A stretch of 64,000 bases of DNA from Hyaloraphidium curvatum SAG 235-1 (Eukaryota; Fungi; Monoblepharomycota): positions 434,001 to 498,000 of the forward strand of contig JAIVFI010000027.1 of NCBI GenBank assembly GCA_025558095.1, read 5' to 3'. The position numbers were made by a program, and so were the translations under genes. The notes under the pieces were generated by a model that saw only the letters and a program-made list of their open reading frames with translations, did not search any database and was not told the DNA's origin. Below, piece by piece: positions 43,702-56,800 of the stretch (within the stretch, counting starts at the first letter, position 1; each line of letters opens with the position of its first letter).

Positions 43702-44526
43702 CTAGAGCAGCTTCCAAACGAGCGCAGCACCGACCGCCAGCGCCGGCGCCACGGCCTCGAACGCCTCCCCCGGGCTCTCGACCTTGAACCCCGCAAAGAC
43801 GGCGTTGAGCGACGCGTGCGAGAGGAGCGCCGGCCACAGCGACCCCGGCATCCCCCCCTCCACGCTCTGCCCGCCGTACGCAAACTGCAGGCCCGTCATT
43901 ATCGCCGACTGCGCCGCCAGCGTCGCGACGTAGGCCACCACCCGCCTCGGCAACTGGTCCCACGAGTCCGAGGCGAGCAGGTGCGCGGGCCTCTCCTCGG
44001 CCGCCGGCCGCGCGGCGGGGATCAGCAGCGGGAGGTGCCACAGCCCCCACGCGGCGCCGACGAGCAGCGAGGTCAGGAGGGGGCGCCAGCCGGATGTCAG
44101 GAGAGTGGGGAGGAGGAAGCCGCGCCAGCCGAGCTCCTCGAGGGCGAGGAAGGGGGCCTGAAGAAGGGCGGCGAGGTAGAGTACCGGGCCGGGCCAATCC
44201 GGGAACACGCTCGGTCGCTTGTTGGCCTTGTCGCCGGTTCCGGCGCGCGAGAGGTGGAGCGCGAGGCCGGCGCCGGCAAACGCGAGCGGCACCCCCAGCG
44301 AAACCGCCACCGCCCGCACGGGATCCGGCGCCGGAAGCCTTTTCAGCGAATCCAGTAGCTCGCCGCGCCGCCCGGGGCCGAGCAGGATCAGCGCCGCCGC
44401 CGCGGGGCCGATGCCGCCGATGAAAGTCAGGAAAGGCCGCAGCGGGTCGCCCTCGCGCTGCGAACGCGCGAGGAGCCACGGCGGGTAGGTGACGGCGTAC
44501 GCGATGGCATTGAACGGGAGCGCCAT
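43702..44526 (-). CDS. CPBP (Abi/CAAX type II) intramembrane metalloprotease, intronless
   Basis: EELGWRGF, WGLWH and HASLN motifs, with multiple hydrophobic segments. Confidence 0.9.
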   Translation of the reverse strand: MALPFNAIAYAVTYPPWLLARSQREGDPLRPFLTFIGGIGPAAAALILLGPGRRGELLDSLKRLPAPDPVRAVAVSLGVPLAFAGAGLALHLSRAGTGDKANKRPSVFPDWPGPVLYLAALLQAPFLALEELGWRGFLLPTLLTSGWRPLLTSLLVGAAWGLWHLPLLIPAARPAAEERPAHLLASDSWDQLPRRVVAYVATLAAQSAIMTGLQFAYGGQSVEGGMPGSLWPALLSHASLNAVFAGFKVESPGEAFEAVAPALAVGAALVWKLL

Positions 44527-44824
44527 CCCTTCCGAGCGCGGGCAGAGTGGGTCGGAGTTCCGGTGTTTGGGCCCTGAGAACGGAGAACGTCCCTGAGGCC
44601 AAGATCGAACAAAGCCGCCCGCATTTCCCGGCGGCAGCCGGTCCATAGAGCGAATCGGATTTTCCCCGCCGTGCCATTGACGCCATTTATTCTGCGACGG
44701 GGCCGGACAGCGGGTGACTCCGGGGCGCCTCGTGTCTCTCACTCGGTGCCCGATCGCAAGCCGCCACAGCGCTTGCTTCCGGAGGCCTTCAATTAGACCT
44801 CAGCCGATGCATCCCGTGCCCGTG

Positions 44825-46937
44825 CTACAGCACCGCAGCCATCGCCAGCACCGCGCCAAGAGCCCATGCCCGCCTGCTCCATTTCCCGGCAGCACAGGAT
44901 GCGCTCGGCGTAGCGGTCTGCATCGTCCCCGCGGCGGTGCACGTCGGCATCACCCCGTCGAACAGGGCGCGTTGCGCCGCCTTGCACCAACCCCCGTCGA
45001 CGCTCGCGCATACCATCCCCTTCTGCCGCGAAGGATCCGGCGCGGGCAGGCTCGCCGGGGGCGAGCTTCGCGCAGTCCGCGTCCAGGAACCACGAGCAGC
45101 GCTGGGCGTCCGGGCCGACGCAGCGGACGCCCGCGGCTCCTGATCGGAGCACTGGGACAAAGTGCCCGGCGTCGTCGCAAGATCGGAGGCAGACGGGGAT
45201 GGGCGCGGGGAAGGTCGCGTTCGCGGCCCCGAACTCCTTCCACGCAGAGGCGCACCAACCGTCCAAGCAGGGGCAGACGCACCCCCCCGCCGTCGAAGTG
45301 AGCTGCGGCTGCGAGCACACCACGGGCGGCTTGAAGGACGTCATCAGCACCGAATCCGCCGACGCCGGCTCGGTGCACGCCGAATCAGCGTAGAAGGTGC
45401 AGTTGCCCGGCGACGCCTCGCGGCACTGGAGCGTCCTTCCCGACCTGGAGCTCCACACCGCGCGGGCTGCGACAAACCAGCAACCCGCCTTGGCGCACCG
45501 CCAGTCTCCCATGGGTCGAACGTCCTCGGGAGTGCCGTCGCCGCACCAGACCATCTGTTCCCTGCACCGCGGGGAGGAGAACATGGCGTCGCGGGTCCAG
45601 CAAGCCTTTCCCCCGGCCTGCCTGACGGCGTAGCAGTACGGGCCCTCCTTCAGGTTCAAGGGTTCGAAAGGACCGAGGCGGTTGTCGTTCAGGTCCAGCT
45701 CCTCGAGCCCTTCCAGCTGGCCCAGCGCCAGCACAAGGCCGGTGAGGTTGTTGCCGCGCAGGCTGAGGAACGCGAGGTCGCGGAAGCCGAGGATCCAGGC
45801 CGGAAAATCGCCCGTCAGGCTGATGTTGACCAGTTCGAGCTGGCCCATCAGCTTCAGCTCCGAGAGCGTGTTTGCGGGGAGGCTGATGTCCATGGGGACA
45901 AACGCCGGAAGGAGCTTGGAGCCCCACCAATCCACGTTTACGCGTAACCCCGAGATGTGGCCGCGGAAGGTCTCGATCCTAACGGTGCACGGCCAATGCA
46001 GACCATCCTTGAAGACCAGCTCGGTCTTGGACATCCCCTTCGGTGGCACCTTGATCCCGGTGATCACGCTGCGGTCCGGCACCAAGAACGCGTGCCCGCG
46101 GGCCACGAGCCAATCCGCCAGGAGCTCCAGCTCCCGCGACACGGGGAGCAGCCCGTGCTCCTCGAGCGGATCGGGGACGTCGCCCCAGTGCGGCCGCACG
46201 GGGGTGGCGACGAAGGTGGCGCTATGCGGCGGCGGCGGCAGCATTTCGCCCGCGCAAACAGGCAGGCCCTCGGTGCACATTCCCGGGACGAGGTTCGCCC
46301 AGGGCGCCGTAGGGTGGTAGCACATTGTCGGAGGCATCCTGCAGACCTTTAGGTTGCGGGGCATGGGGGGGAGGTAGCCCGAGACGTTGGTTCGGGAGAA
46401 ATCCAGCTCCTCGAGGTTTGGCAGGATGGCGTCCAGGCGGGCAGCTGCTCGGTTTTGAGACCCGTATTCGACATGTTGAGCCGGGTCAGGCTGCCGCCGA
46501 AGTAGGCCATGTTGCCCTGAAAGCGATCCCACGGCAGGTAGGTGACGTTGGTGTTTCCGGAAAAGTCCATCTCCCACCAGGTCCTGTAGTCCACCATCGC
46601 GGACACCACATAGATGACGAAGTTCAGGCCAAGCCCCTGCCAGACCATGGAGCAGTGCCCGACTTCGGGACACGACACCAGGCGCGTGGCCCCGCCCGAC
46701 GAGTAGTCCACGTTGAGGCATTCGGCGGTCGGGCCGTCGCCGTCGACCGAGCCGAGCTCCTTTGATCCGCCTCGCTGGAGGCCCGAGCAGATGATGTACG
46801 GGTTCGGCGGCGGCGGCTGCCGGGGGCCGAGGTGCGGCACCGGCGTCGCCGCGGTGCCCGGCGCGAGCGCAGAACCGAGAGCGGCACCGAGCGCGGCACC
46901 GACGGCGGCGGTCGTTAGTGGTCAAGGAATGTCTCAT
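44825..46937 (-). pseudogene. Secreted/GPI-like LRR protein with two Cys-rich repeats and three apparent frameshifts
   Basis: LRRs (LEELDFSRTNVSG, LAFLSLRGNNLTG, LEELDLNDNRLG) and repeats WRC...G..QC...CTFY.D..C and CL...G.VRC...CSWF.D..C. Signal peptide and hydrophobic C-terminal tail lie in other frames (shifts at about 46915, 46431 and 45030). Confidence 0.7.
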
Positions 46938-47387
46938 GGGTTGTTTTCCGTCGGTTCAAAGCCGTGCGTAGGATCGTATTCTCAACAGCAGCAGGTCGGG
47001 CCGGGAACGTCTCCACTCCGCCACGTTGGCAGCGCGCCGGCACCTGCTTTTCACGATGCAGGTTGGTGTGAATTGAGTGCTGGGCAGTTTGTTTGCCTCA
47101 TGATTCGTGCAGCGCGCCAACCGGTCTGCGCGGGCTGAAACAGTCCGCCCCAACAGCAGACGGTGCCACGCCGTTACGCCGGCGTCGACTAGGGGGAGAT
47201 CCGCAAACTCCCAGGAGCAGGGGAACGTACCGGCGTGATTCGGCCCGATGACTTCTTCCTTGGGACGCACTCACTCACTTGTCCGCCACACACTCCCGCC
47301 CGCCATGGATCCAGGGACTTGACCTGTACGTCCCAACCCAGGAGCGACATGTCGCGAAGAAGAAGGACGCTCCGGACCCATCATTGT

Positions 47388-47803
47388 TTATTCGGCACCT
47401 TCTGGCTGGGCATCCTGCACCTCGTGCTCATTCTCCGGCAAACCATCAGCAGGCGCTTCCGCAGGCGCTTCAGCGAGCACTTCAGCAGGTGCTTCAGCAG
47501 GCGCCGGTGCGGACTCGAAACCATCCCCTGACGCTGGCGGGGCCTGCCGGGCGGTTCTTAGCGCCGGAACAAACCGCATCTAGCCCGCAGCCAACCCACG
47601 GGGAACGTGTCGAACATGCGGAACGAAGGAACGGTGTCCAAGACGGTCTCCCCGGTCGCCGTCTTCCCGACTACGTTCGTCTTCTCGAGGCCGCTCTGTG
47701 GTTTGCCCGTCCGCGATCCCGAGACGGACGCGACGATGCATTCGCGTCCTTTCAACACGATGCGGTCGCCGACTCGCAGCTGGGACGCTTGGATCTGCGA
47801 CAT
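47388..47803 (-). CDS. eIF5A N-terminal-domain-like protein (119 aa) with an acidic Ala/Pro/Glu tail, 1 intron
   Basis: Exon 1 (47803-47600) MSQIQASQLRVGDRIVLKGRECIVASVSGSRTGK...VVG...TGE..LDTVPS aligns by eye to the eIF5A N-domain. Intron 47599-47544 (GTGGGT...GCTAAG...CAG). Exon 2 encodes PAEA repeats. Confidence 0.75.
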
Positions 47804-48090
47804 ATTGGGGCGCGATTGCAACGGAGAAGCTTCCGCCCGTTTGCGAATTGGGCGGGGTCGAGCGCGTCCTCCGTGTTTCGTGGCGGACGCAAGGCCGGCT
47901 AATCGACTTCGTCACTCGGGCACTCGGGACCGGGAATCTGACTCCGAGGCAAGCACTACTGTCCGCCACACTCGATTCGATTCGACCATGAAATAGGAAC
48001 GCACACCAAAACAACTTATCCCGCAGCGAAGACCCGCCCCGGCCCGCTGACCGCCCAACGACCGACCCAGAGCCCGCCCTCCAAAAGGCT

Positions 48091-51000
48091 TCACTTCCCC
48101 GCCTTCGATCCGCCCGCGCCCTGCATCATCCTCAGCAGGTGCTCCCTCTGCTGCCTGAACATGGCCGCGTTGTACCTCGCCCTCGCATCGCCCTCCCCCG
48201 GCGCGCCCAGGACCTCGGCCAGCAGGTCCCGGTCGGGCGTCGGCGGCGCGTTGGCGGCCACGGCGGGGAGCACCCTCGCCACCTGCGGGTTCGAGCGCTG
48301 CAGGAAGGGCGAGGCGAGGGGCTCGGGCGCGGGGGCGGGCGCGGGAGGGGGCTGCGCCCAGGCCGGCTGAGCCGCCGGAGCCGGAGCCGGTGCGGCCGGC
48401 TGCTGCGGGTAGCCTCCGCCGTACGCGGGCTGCTGCCGCGATCCGCCTCCCTGGTGCTGCTGCTGCCCCCCGCCGCCGAACCCGAACGACGGGCCAGATC
48501 CCGACGCCTGCGAGCTGGCGGGGCTCGGGTGGTTCGACGGGGTCTTTTTCGGCGCGGGAGGCTGGTCCAGCTGAACATCCGCGACGAGGTCGAGCTCCTC
48601 CTGCAGGTACGGGTCAGCAAAATGTCTTTTCCCCAATCGCAACGGGCGACCCACCATGCGGCCGATCAGCGCGTCCACCTTCTCCTTGCCCGGGTCTGAG
48701 ATCACGCCCACGGTGGTAAACACCCCGTCCACGTCGTCCTGCATGTTGCCCTCGAGAGCGCGCTGCACGATGTGCTTGGTGAGGATGAAGGCCACCATGG
48801 CCGCCGGCCACCGCTTGGAGAGCTTCTCCATGAGCGCCAGGTGCAGGTTGATGTCGCCCATCATGGCCGCCACCGCCGCGGGCAGGGTCATCTCGGCGCC
48901 GCGGAGCAGCGAGCCGTTGATCTCCTTGACGATGGTGAAGGAGTGCAGCAGGAGGCGGTAGATGACGGCCTGGGCCGATGACCACAGGCAAAAGGCCGGG
49001 ATCGACACGAGCCCCTCGTCCAGCATCATGATGGTGCGCTGCAGCTCCGTCACCTTGCAGCAGTGGTAGTGGCACACGGTCGCCGGCGAGGGCGGCCAGT
49101 TCGCCAGCCCGCCGAAATCGTGCGGCAGCGAGCCGTCCGCCATGCGCATCATGTACGGGCCCTGGGTCATGCCCTGGAACGGGAACCACCTTAGCACCTC
49201 CGCCGCGCCGTCGGGCCCCGCGGCCATCCGCATGATGGGCCGCGTGGGCGGCGTGGGGATGCCCAGGACGGGCTGGTGCCGCTGCCAGTTCTTGGTCGAG
49301 GGCAGCGCCGGGTGCGGGTTCTTGGGCGCGTGCAGCATCGCGTACGCGTTGTGCACGATCAGCAGGAGGTACAGCGCCTCCAGAACAGAGTGCCGGTCGG
49401 GGGGAGGGCCGCCGTGCGGGACCACGGGGCGGTGCTTCTCGCTGCGGAAGGTGCGCAGCCGGTCCCAGTGCGCCACGGCGTAGCCGATGGGGTCCGCGTC
49501 GATGTCGTGGAAAAAGGGCGGCAGCCGGTCGTACGTCCTGTCCAGCAGGTCCCGCACCGCCTCGAAGCGGCGGAGCACCTCCTCCTGCCGCTGCGTGAGC
49601 CGGTGCTGCACCCCGGGCTCGCTCCGGCGGCGGACCTCGGCGGGGTCCGCGTACGGGTCCGTCTTTTTGATCTTGCAGAACTGGGCTGCGCGTTAGCCGA
49701 TGGCGCCGAAACCCGACTGACGGGAAACCCACCTGGTGGTACTGCCCAAAAACCTCCCCCACGGCCCTGAAAATGATGATCCACACCCCCACTTCGCTCC
49801 ACACCGTCCCCGTCTCCTCCTCCAGCAGCCTCCCCGCCTCCCACCCCACCCTGTCCTCGGGCTCGCCGTACTCGCCCCCCGCATCCGCCTCCTTCAGCCA
49901 GAGGTAGTTGCTGCACGGCACCCTCGCCATGCACTCGGCCTCGGCGATCGCCGACGGGCGGTCCGAGACGGCCATCGAGAGGCGGTCGAGGATGTAGAGC
50001 TGCCACCAGATGCGGCGGCGCTCCTCGTCCACGATCCACCGGGGTAGCCCGTAGCTCCGCTCGAACGGCGCGCTGGGCGGCGCCGGCCGTCCCGAGGCGC
50101 CGCCGCGCTTGGCAGAGATGCTGTCGAGGGGGGTCTGCACGTCCACGTCGCCCGGCTCGAGGTTCAGCCCGAGCTCGCGGGCTACTGCGACGGCAAGGGA
50201 GGAAAAGGTCGAGGTGACCTTGGCGTACTCCTTTTGCCAGCTGCGCGAGGCGGCGAGGGAGGCGTAGAACATGGCGATCACCATGTCGCACGTCTTGGGG
50301 CCGGCGCCGGTGGCGGCGGGGAGGAGGAGGCGGCGGCAGCGCTCGAGGAGGTTGAGGGAGAGGGAGAGGCGGTTGGGGATGTGGGAGCAGTAGGGCGCCG
50401 TGATGGAGCCGAGCGCGTACAGGAGGTACGGCGGGCGGAGGTACAGCGTCTTGAGGAAGGACGGCTTGTGCAGGATCGGCGACTGCGGGCCGGGGCAAGG
50501 ACGTCAGCAGATGCCCCTCGATGCCGCGCGCGTCCACCCACCGCCACAAACAGGTCCTCGAAGAACCTCGCCACCAGCTCCGTCATGATCCCCTGCTCCG
50601 GGAGCGGCGGCAGATCGTCCATCAGCCCCGGCTCCCTGACGACCACCACCCCGCCCCCCCCGACGCCGACCCCCGCCGGAAAGACCATCGGCCCCGCGCC
50701 AAACAGCGCATCCAGCTGCGCCCGCAGCGCGGGGGGCAGCCTGTCCCGCGGGTCCTCCTCGCGGCGGCGCTTGGACGCGCCGGCGGGGAGCAGCTGCAGC
50801 AGCCCGGGGTCGGCGGCGGCGGCGGCGGCGAGCTGGTCCGCGAACGAGGCCGAGACGGCGTTCGGGGGGGAGGGAACGGGGGCCAGACCGCCGGAGGGGT
50901 GCCGCGGGACGGAAGGCAGGGGGGCGGGGCGCGCCGAGGGGGCAGATTTGGCGCGCGCGACGGCGGCGGGTTGCTGGTGCTGCTGGGGTACCGAGACGTT

Positions 51001-52115
51001 GGCGTTCTGCAGCGTTTGTGCAGAGAGAAGGAGGCCCATCTGCGCGGTGAGGGGGACCTTGGGCGAGGAGGAGGGCTGCGGCGGCGGCGGGGCGGTGGAG
51101 ACGAAGAGGTGAAGCTGGTCCTGCGCCGGGTTCGGCCGCGCGCCCAGCGGGGCGGCAACCGAAGGGCCCGGAAGCGGCCCACCCGTGCCCGCATTGGCGC
51201 CGGGATGCCCGAATCCGTCGAAAAAGTCGGGCACGCCCGGGTCCTGCGCGCCCAGCTGCGCGAGCAGCGCGTCCAGCGCCGGATCGTTGACCGGCGGGCC
51301 CTGGTCCGGCATCAGGTCCAGAAAGTTCATCATGGCCTCTGCGTCGGGCATCCCGCCTGCGTCCGGAGGGAGCAGCGACGGGTCCCAGGCCGTGCCGAAG
51401 AGCGCGGCGGGGTCGCCCAGGCTGTCTGCCGAGGCGTCGAAGCCGCCCACGGCGTCGACTGCGCCGGGCACCACGCCGAGGATCGAGAAGGCTGCATTGT
51501 CCAGCGGCGCGCCTAATTGGCCGAACGAGCCGCCGCCGTAGCCGCCGTCGAGGTTGTCGAACGAGCCGTTGTTGGCGAACGAGCCGTTGTTGAACGAGCC
51601 GTTGCCGAACGAGTCGAACGAGTCCGCGCGGCCGTCGTCGTCGCCGTCGTCCCCGGCCGTGTTGGATTTGCGCGGGCCGCGCTTTGCGGGCGGTTTCTCG
51701 TAGGTGCAAGCGCGGTTGGTGCGCACGCACAGCGCGCACGGCTGCAGCCCGTCGCACCGCCGCCGCCGCTGCGAGCACGAGTCGCTGGCACGCGGGAACA
51801 ATAATGGCGGGGCGGGGTGCGTCCGGCGCGGTTTAAGCCGTTAATGGTCGGGGTGCGGGGCGGGTTCGGGGACATTGACAGAACCCCGCAGACGCGGTCG
51901 GAGGGTCGGCGCAGGTCAGAGGAGTTTAAGGAGGGAGTTAGCGACGTTTAAGGAGTGCCGCGGAGGACGCACCAGGCGCGCGTCACGCGCCGCCGCTCCT
52001 TGCCCTGCGCGGTCGTCCCCAGCGAGGGCGCCGCGCCGCCGCCGTCCAGCGCGCCCGACGGCGCCCGCGCGGGCACGCCGCCGCCGCCCGACGCGCCGCC
52101 GCCCGCCGGCTGCAT
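48091..52115 (-). CDS. Zn2Cys6 transcription factor with fungal-specific TF (MHR) domain, several introns
   Basis: Spliced RRRVTRAC-DSCSQRRRRCDGLQPCALCVRTNRAC (intron at about 51786-51973), AVARELGLN, EERRRIWWQLYILDR. Confidence 0.92.
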
Positions 52116-52861
52116 CGTCCGGCGTGCCGCAGAGGGCGGGGCCAAAGTGGGAGCGCGTGGGCAGGCTGGTGGAGACCGAAGGGCCGCGTTTCGAAGGCGG
52201 CCCTTTTCCGGGCCTTCCAACGCCCGAAGTTCGATGCCGCCCGACCACAACCGTCCACGGCAAGCCCAGCGACGCCTGCGGTCGCGGATGCACTTATCCC
52301 GCAGGCTCCGCGGCACCTCCGGGCACCCGGTCCGTCGCGGCGGGAACCTCCCCCGGCAACGTCGGCCACGGCCGCCGACCCACCACGGGCCGGAAGACGG
52401 ACGAGGATTCGCGGGTGAACGGAGCACCGAGCCTAGAATTGCACGCATCCGCGGTCGGCGGGATGGCAGCTCGAGGGCGGGCTTCCCGTCCACGTCTGGC
52501 GCCTCCTTGCCCCATCATCGTACTTGTAACCCTGGCACATCCTCCAACTCCAGCTCGCGAAGCACTCCTGTCCTGCCATTGTCTCTGACCCATCCGAACC
52601 TGGGGGTGAATTTGTGAAACGGTCGCGTCGGCGACAAGGAGGCTTCTGGGGTGCCGCGGAGCCGGCGATCCACCACGAAAAGGAGGCGGACGTCGGCAAC
52701 GCTCGGGCCCGGACGATGATCGGAGAAGGCATCGGGATCACGACCACGCATCCTCGAACCTTGGGGTCCGATCAGGGGTCCCCGTCCGACGTGGCCGCCG
52801 CCGCGCGCCCAACTGGCCCTCCCTGAAGTCCCCCCCGCTCCAACCACCCCGCGGCACCACA

Positions 52862-53739
52862 ATGCCCAACCCGCGCGTGTTCTTCGACGTCACCATCGGC
52901 GGCCAGCCTGCCGGCCGCATCGTGATGGAGGTGCGCGCCGCTGCCGCCGCGCCGACGCGCCTCCCTCTCTGACCGGGGCCGCCCATTCATTCCCCGCGAA
53001 TCGCGCGTCCCGGCCTCGCAACGCCGCCTCTCGACGTCGGACGATAGCTCGCCGCCGACGTGGTCCCCAAGTGAGCCCTCCCGTTGCCCCCCTCGCCCAC
53101 TCCGCCTCACCCGAACCGGAAAAAGGACCGCCGAAAACTTCCGAGCCCTCTGCACGGGCGAAAAGGGCAAGGGCACGCTGGGCAAGCCGCTGAGCTTCAA
53201 GGGGTGCGCGTTCCACCGCGTCATCAAGGACTTTGTGGGGCCGGACGGCCGTTTGCGGGGCGCGGGGTGCTGACCGCGTTCTTGCCGTCGTCGGGCGTGC
53301 TCGTCGGCAGATGATCCAGGGTGGCGATTTCACGGCCGGCGATGGAACGGGCGGGGAGTCGATCTACGGGGAGACCTTCCCGGTACCTTCGCGGTCCTTA
53401 CTCTTATTCGCCTGGCGGTGCTGACTATTGTCGCCGCGCAGGACGAGAACTTCAAGCTCAAGCACACCGGCCCCGGCATCCTGTCCATGGCCAACGCCGG
53501 GAAAAACACCAACGGGAGCCAGGTACTTGCCCCCCCTCCCGCCTCCTTGCTTCGCTCTGACCGTTCGGCTTCAGTTCTTCCTCTGCACCGTCAAGACCGC
53601 CTGGCTCGACAACGCCCACGTGGTCTTCGGCAAGGTCGTCGAGGGGATGGAAGTCGTCCGCGCGATCGAGGGGCAGAGGGTGGACGGGGACGACAGGCCC
53701 CTGAAGCCGTGCGTGATCGCGGACTGCGGGCAGCTGTGA
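52862..53739 (+). CDS. Cyclophilin-type PPIase (divergent-loop type), 5 introns
   Basis: [63 protein letters not shown]. Confidence 0.97.
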
Positions 53740-53857
53740 GCTGTATCCACGCCGCGGAATCGACGGTCCCTCCTGCCGGCTCCATATTCCAGAGGCGAGG
53801 CTCATCCGGATTACATTACAGCCCTCTTGATATCCCGCCCCGCGATACCCTAAGTGA

Positions 53858-56800
53858 CTAGGCCACCGGGGCCGGCGACTCCGCCGGCAGCCCGCAATAT
53901 TTCTCCAGCAGCCCCTCCACCACCCCCCTCCCGAACGGCTTGGCGATCGCCGCGTCTGCCCCCGCCAACTCGAGCTCCCCCGCGGCGTCGAACTGGTTCG
54001 CGGACGCGATCACCAGCGCCGGCCTGCCGCCGCGGCCGGCGTGGAGCTCCCGGATCTGGCGGATGGCCTCGAAGCCGTCCATCACCGGCATCACCTGCCC
54101 GTTCCCCGCGGTCAGCCCCCGCGCCGTCGTGCTGCCCGCGGCAAGGAACCCACCAGGTCCATGAACACCAGCTTCAGCGCCCCCGACCCCGCGCACCTCT
54201 CCGCCGCTCGCACGGCCTCCGCCCCATCCTGCGCCTCGTCCACCTCCCACCCGCCCAGCGCGTCGCGCCGCGCGAGGATCTGCCGGACCATGCGGACGAG
54301 GATGCGGCGGTTGATGGCCGAGTCGTCGGTGACGAGGATCCTCGGATGGGGGTGCGGGTCGGGAAGGGGGTCGGTCGCGGGGAGGGGGTCGGTGGCGGGG
54401 ATGCTCGACGTGCCGAGGAGGTTGGGATGTGCGGAGGTAGCTGTATGGCTTGCGGGGGATGGGGGGAGGCTTGCAGGTCCGTTGCTGAGGTCGTCGACCG
54501 GGGCGGCCAGCTCGGCGAGCTCGATCCCGGTCTCGTCGGCCAGCTCTTCCACGACGGTGGTGACCTTTTCCGCGGCAGCAGCGACGCGCACCGCCGCCTT
54601 AACCTTGGCCGCCGGTTCCGAGACCTTCCTGGCCGGATCGGCCGCACCGGCCTGTGCCCCGGCCAATGTGCCCACCGTCTCACCCCCCTTGCGGCCCGCC
54701 GGCGGCCCGCACTCCCTCACCGGCACCTCGAACCAGAACTCGGTCCCCCCGGCGTCGGGACACGCCGCCCCGATCTTGCCCCCCATCAGCCCGACGATCT
54801 GCGCTGCGATCGACAGGCCCAGCCCCGAACCGCCGTACTCCTTGGCCGTCGAGGGCGCCTGGCTCCACGGCTGGAACAGCGTCGCGAGGGTCGACGGGTC
54901 GATCCCGATGCCGGTGTCGAGGCAGCGCACGCGGAGGCGCTGCGTCGGCGGGGGGGGGGAGGTGCTCGGGCGGGGCGCGGGGTCGTCGGGGATGGGGATG
55001 GAAACGGCGTCGCGGTACGCCGGGAGGGCGAAGTCCTCGGGGTTGCGGAACGAGCCCCGGGGGACGGTGTCGACGATGAGGGAGACGGTGCCGCCGGGGG
55101 GCGTGAACTTGAAGCTGGTGGAAACGGCGTGAGCCGATCCGGGGCTGCATACCGCCGCCGCCTACTGACCTGTTGCTGAGAAGGTTGTTGATCACCTGCT
55201 GCAGCCTGAGAGGATCGGAGAGGATGTACCGCGGCACTTCGGGCGCGATCTGTCGAGTCGGATCAGCCTTGCCTGGACCGTTCCTGCGATTGCGGAAGCC
55301 CACCTCCTGGACAAAGTTGATCTTTCGCCCCCGCGCGCGCGCCCTCGCCATCATCCCCAGCTCCCCCAGCAGCCCGTGCAGGTCGGTGGTGGCCGAATCC
55401 AGCCTCACCGCGCCGTTCTGGAACCGGGCCGCGTCGAGCACGTCCGACAGCAGGGCGAGCATGTACGAGGTGCACAGGTGGATCGCGTGGACGGGGTCCG
55501 AGTCCATCGATTTGTCGGTCGCCTCGGTGCTTGCGCCCGAAACGACTTTCGAGAGGTTGCTCAAGGTGCGCGAGTGTCCCTGAGGAGATGACATTGTCAG
55601 CGAGCGCGGGCACACGATCGGCCAACAACCCACCAAGAACTCCGACCTTTCGGACTCCGGGGTCAAGCCCGTGCTTGTAGGGAGCCCGAGAGCCTCACGC
55701 TCTTCGATCATGGTCTCAACGAGGTTGCTCAGGGCGTGGAGCGGGTTCCTCTGGAACAGAAGGGCATCAGCACGGCGGTCGATTGGAGCCCAGCACAATC
55801 CCACCAGCTCGTGACACAGGAATTTGATAAAGTGCGACTTGTTGTTGTCTGCCTCCTCGGCCTTGTTCCGCGCCACTCGCAGCTCCTCGGTCCGGATCGC
55901 CACCTGCTCCTCCACGTTGTGCAGGGCCCGATCCTTCAGGACAAGAGCGGCGTTGAAGATTAGGGCGGAAAAGGACATGATGAAGATGCAGATCTGGGCC
56001 CAAAAAACGCGGCTGGTCGACTTGACGTGAGTTGATCGGCAGCGCGCCGACCAGACACAGACTCACTCGGGAACGAGGTTCGGTACCAAGCCAGCTATCG
56101 GAGAAGCCACGCTCGTGAAGGGGATAGCCAGCAGCGTGGCCATCGCAGCGACGCTGGAGCAGAAGGTGACTCCCACGAGGCCGGTCATCGGGGCGGCGAT
56201 CGAGATCAACGGCCAGGCCAGGAAAAGCCCCGACATCGTGGCCCCCATCGTGTAAGCTGCGTCACGAAGACGGTGAAGGAAGTATAGGAACGAGGCATCC
56301 AGAAACCCACTCGTCAGGAGCGCCGGGAGCACGACAGGCACGGCGACGAGCGCGATCGTGATGACGGCCATGCCGGACACCTTCCAAGGGCTCAGAAAGA
56401 ACATCCGTGGGTTCAACGGCGTCCGAATCATGGCGATGATGAACGGCGCCAAGACCGAAACGGGGCCGACGTCGAGCCATTGGAAGACAAGGGCTGGAAC
56501 AACAATGAGAAGCCGCGAGGAATGTGAAGCGGGCAACCGACCAGACAGGGACGTTCCCGTAGGTACGCCGATCAAATCTCTGACGAGCACAGCTCCAATG
56601 GGCGCGAAGACGAAGCACCAAGCGACTCCGATCCCGAAGGCAAGCACGTGCCACGCGCCGGTCAGATCCAGCTCGACTCCGGGCCTTCGAGACGCAAGTG
56701 AAGCAACAAAGAGCGTCGTGCTGGTTACAAGAAAGCATTGAACGACGTTCAGGGCCGATATGGCAAAGATTGAGGCGTCGATGTTGGGCGAGTGCCGGAC

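Noticed and set aside
51700-51801. Zn2Cys6 cluster apparently missing its first Cys (ASDSC)
   Set aside because: An upstream exon ending ...CGC GCC TG|GT splices to AG|C GAC, restoring RACDSC.
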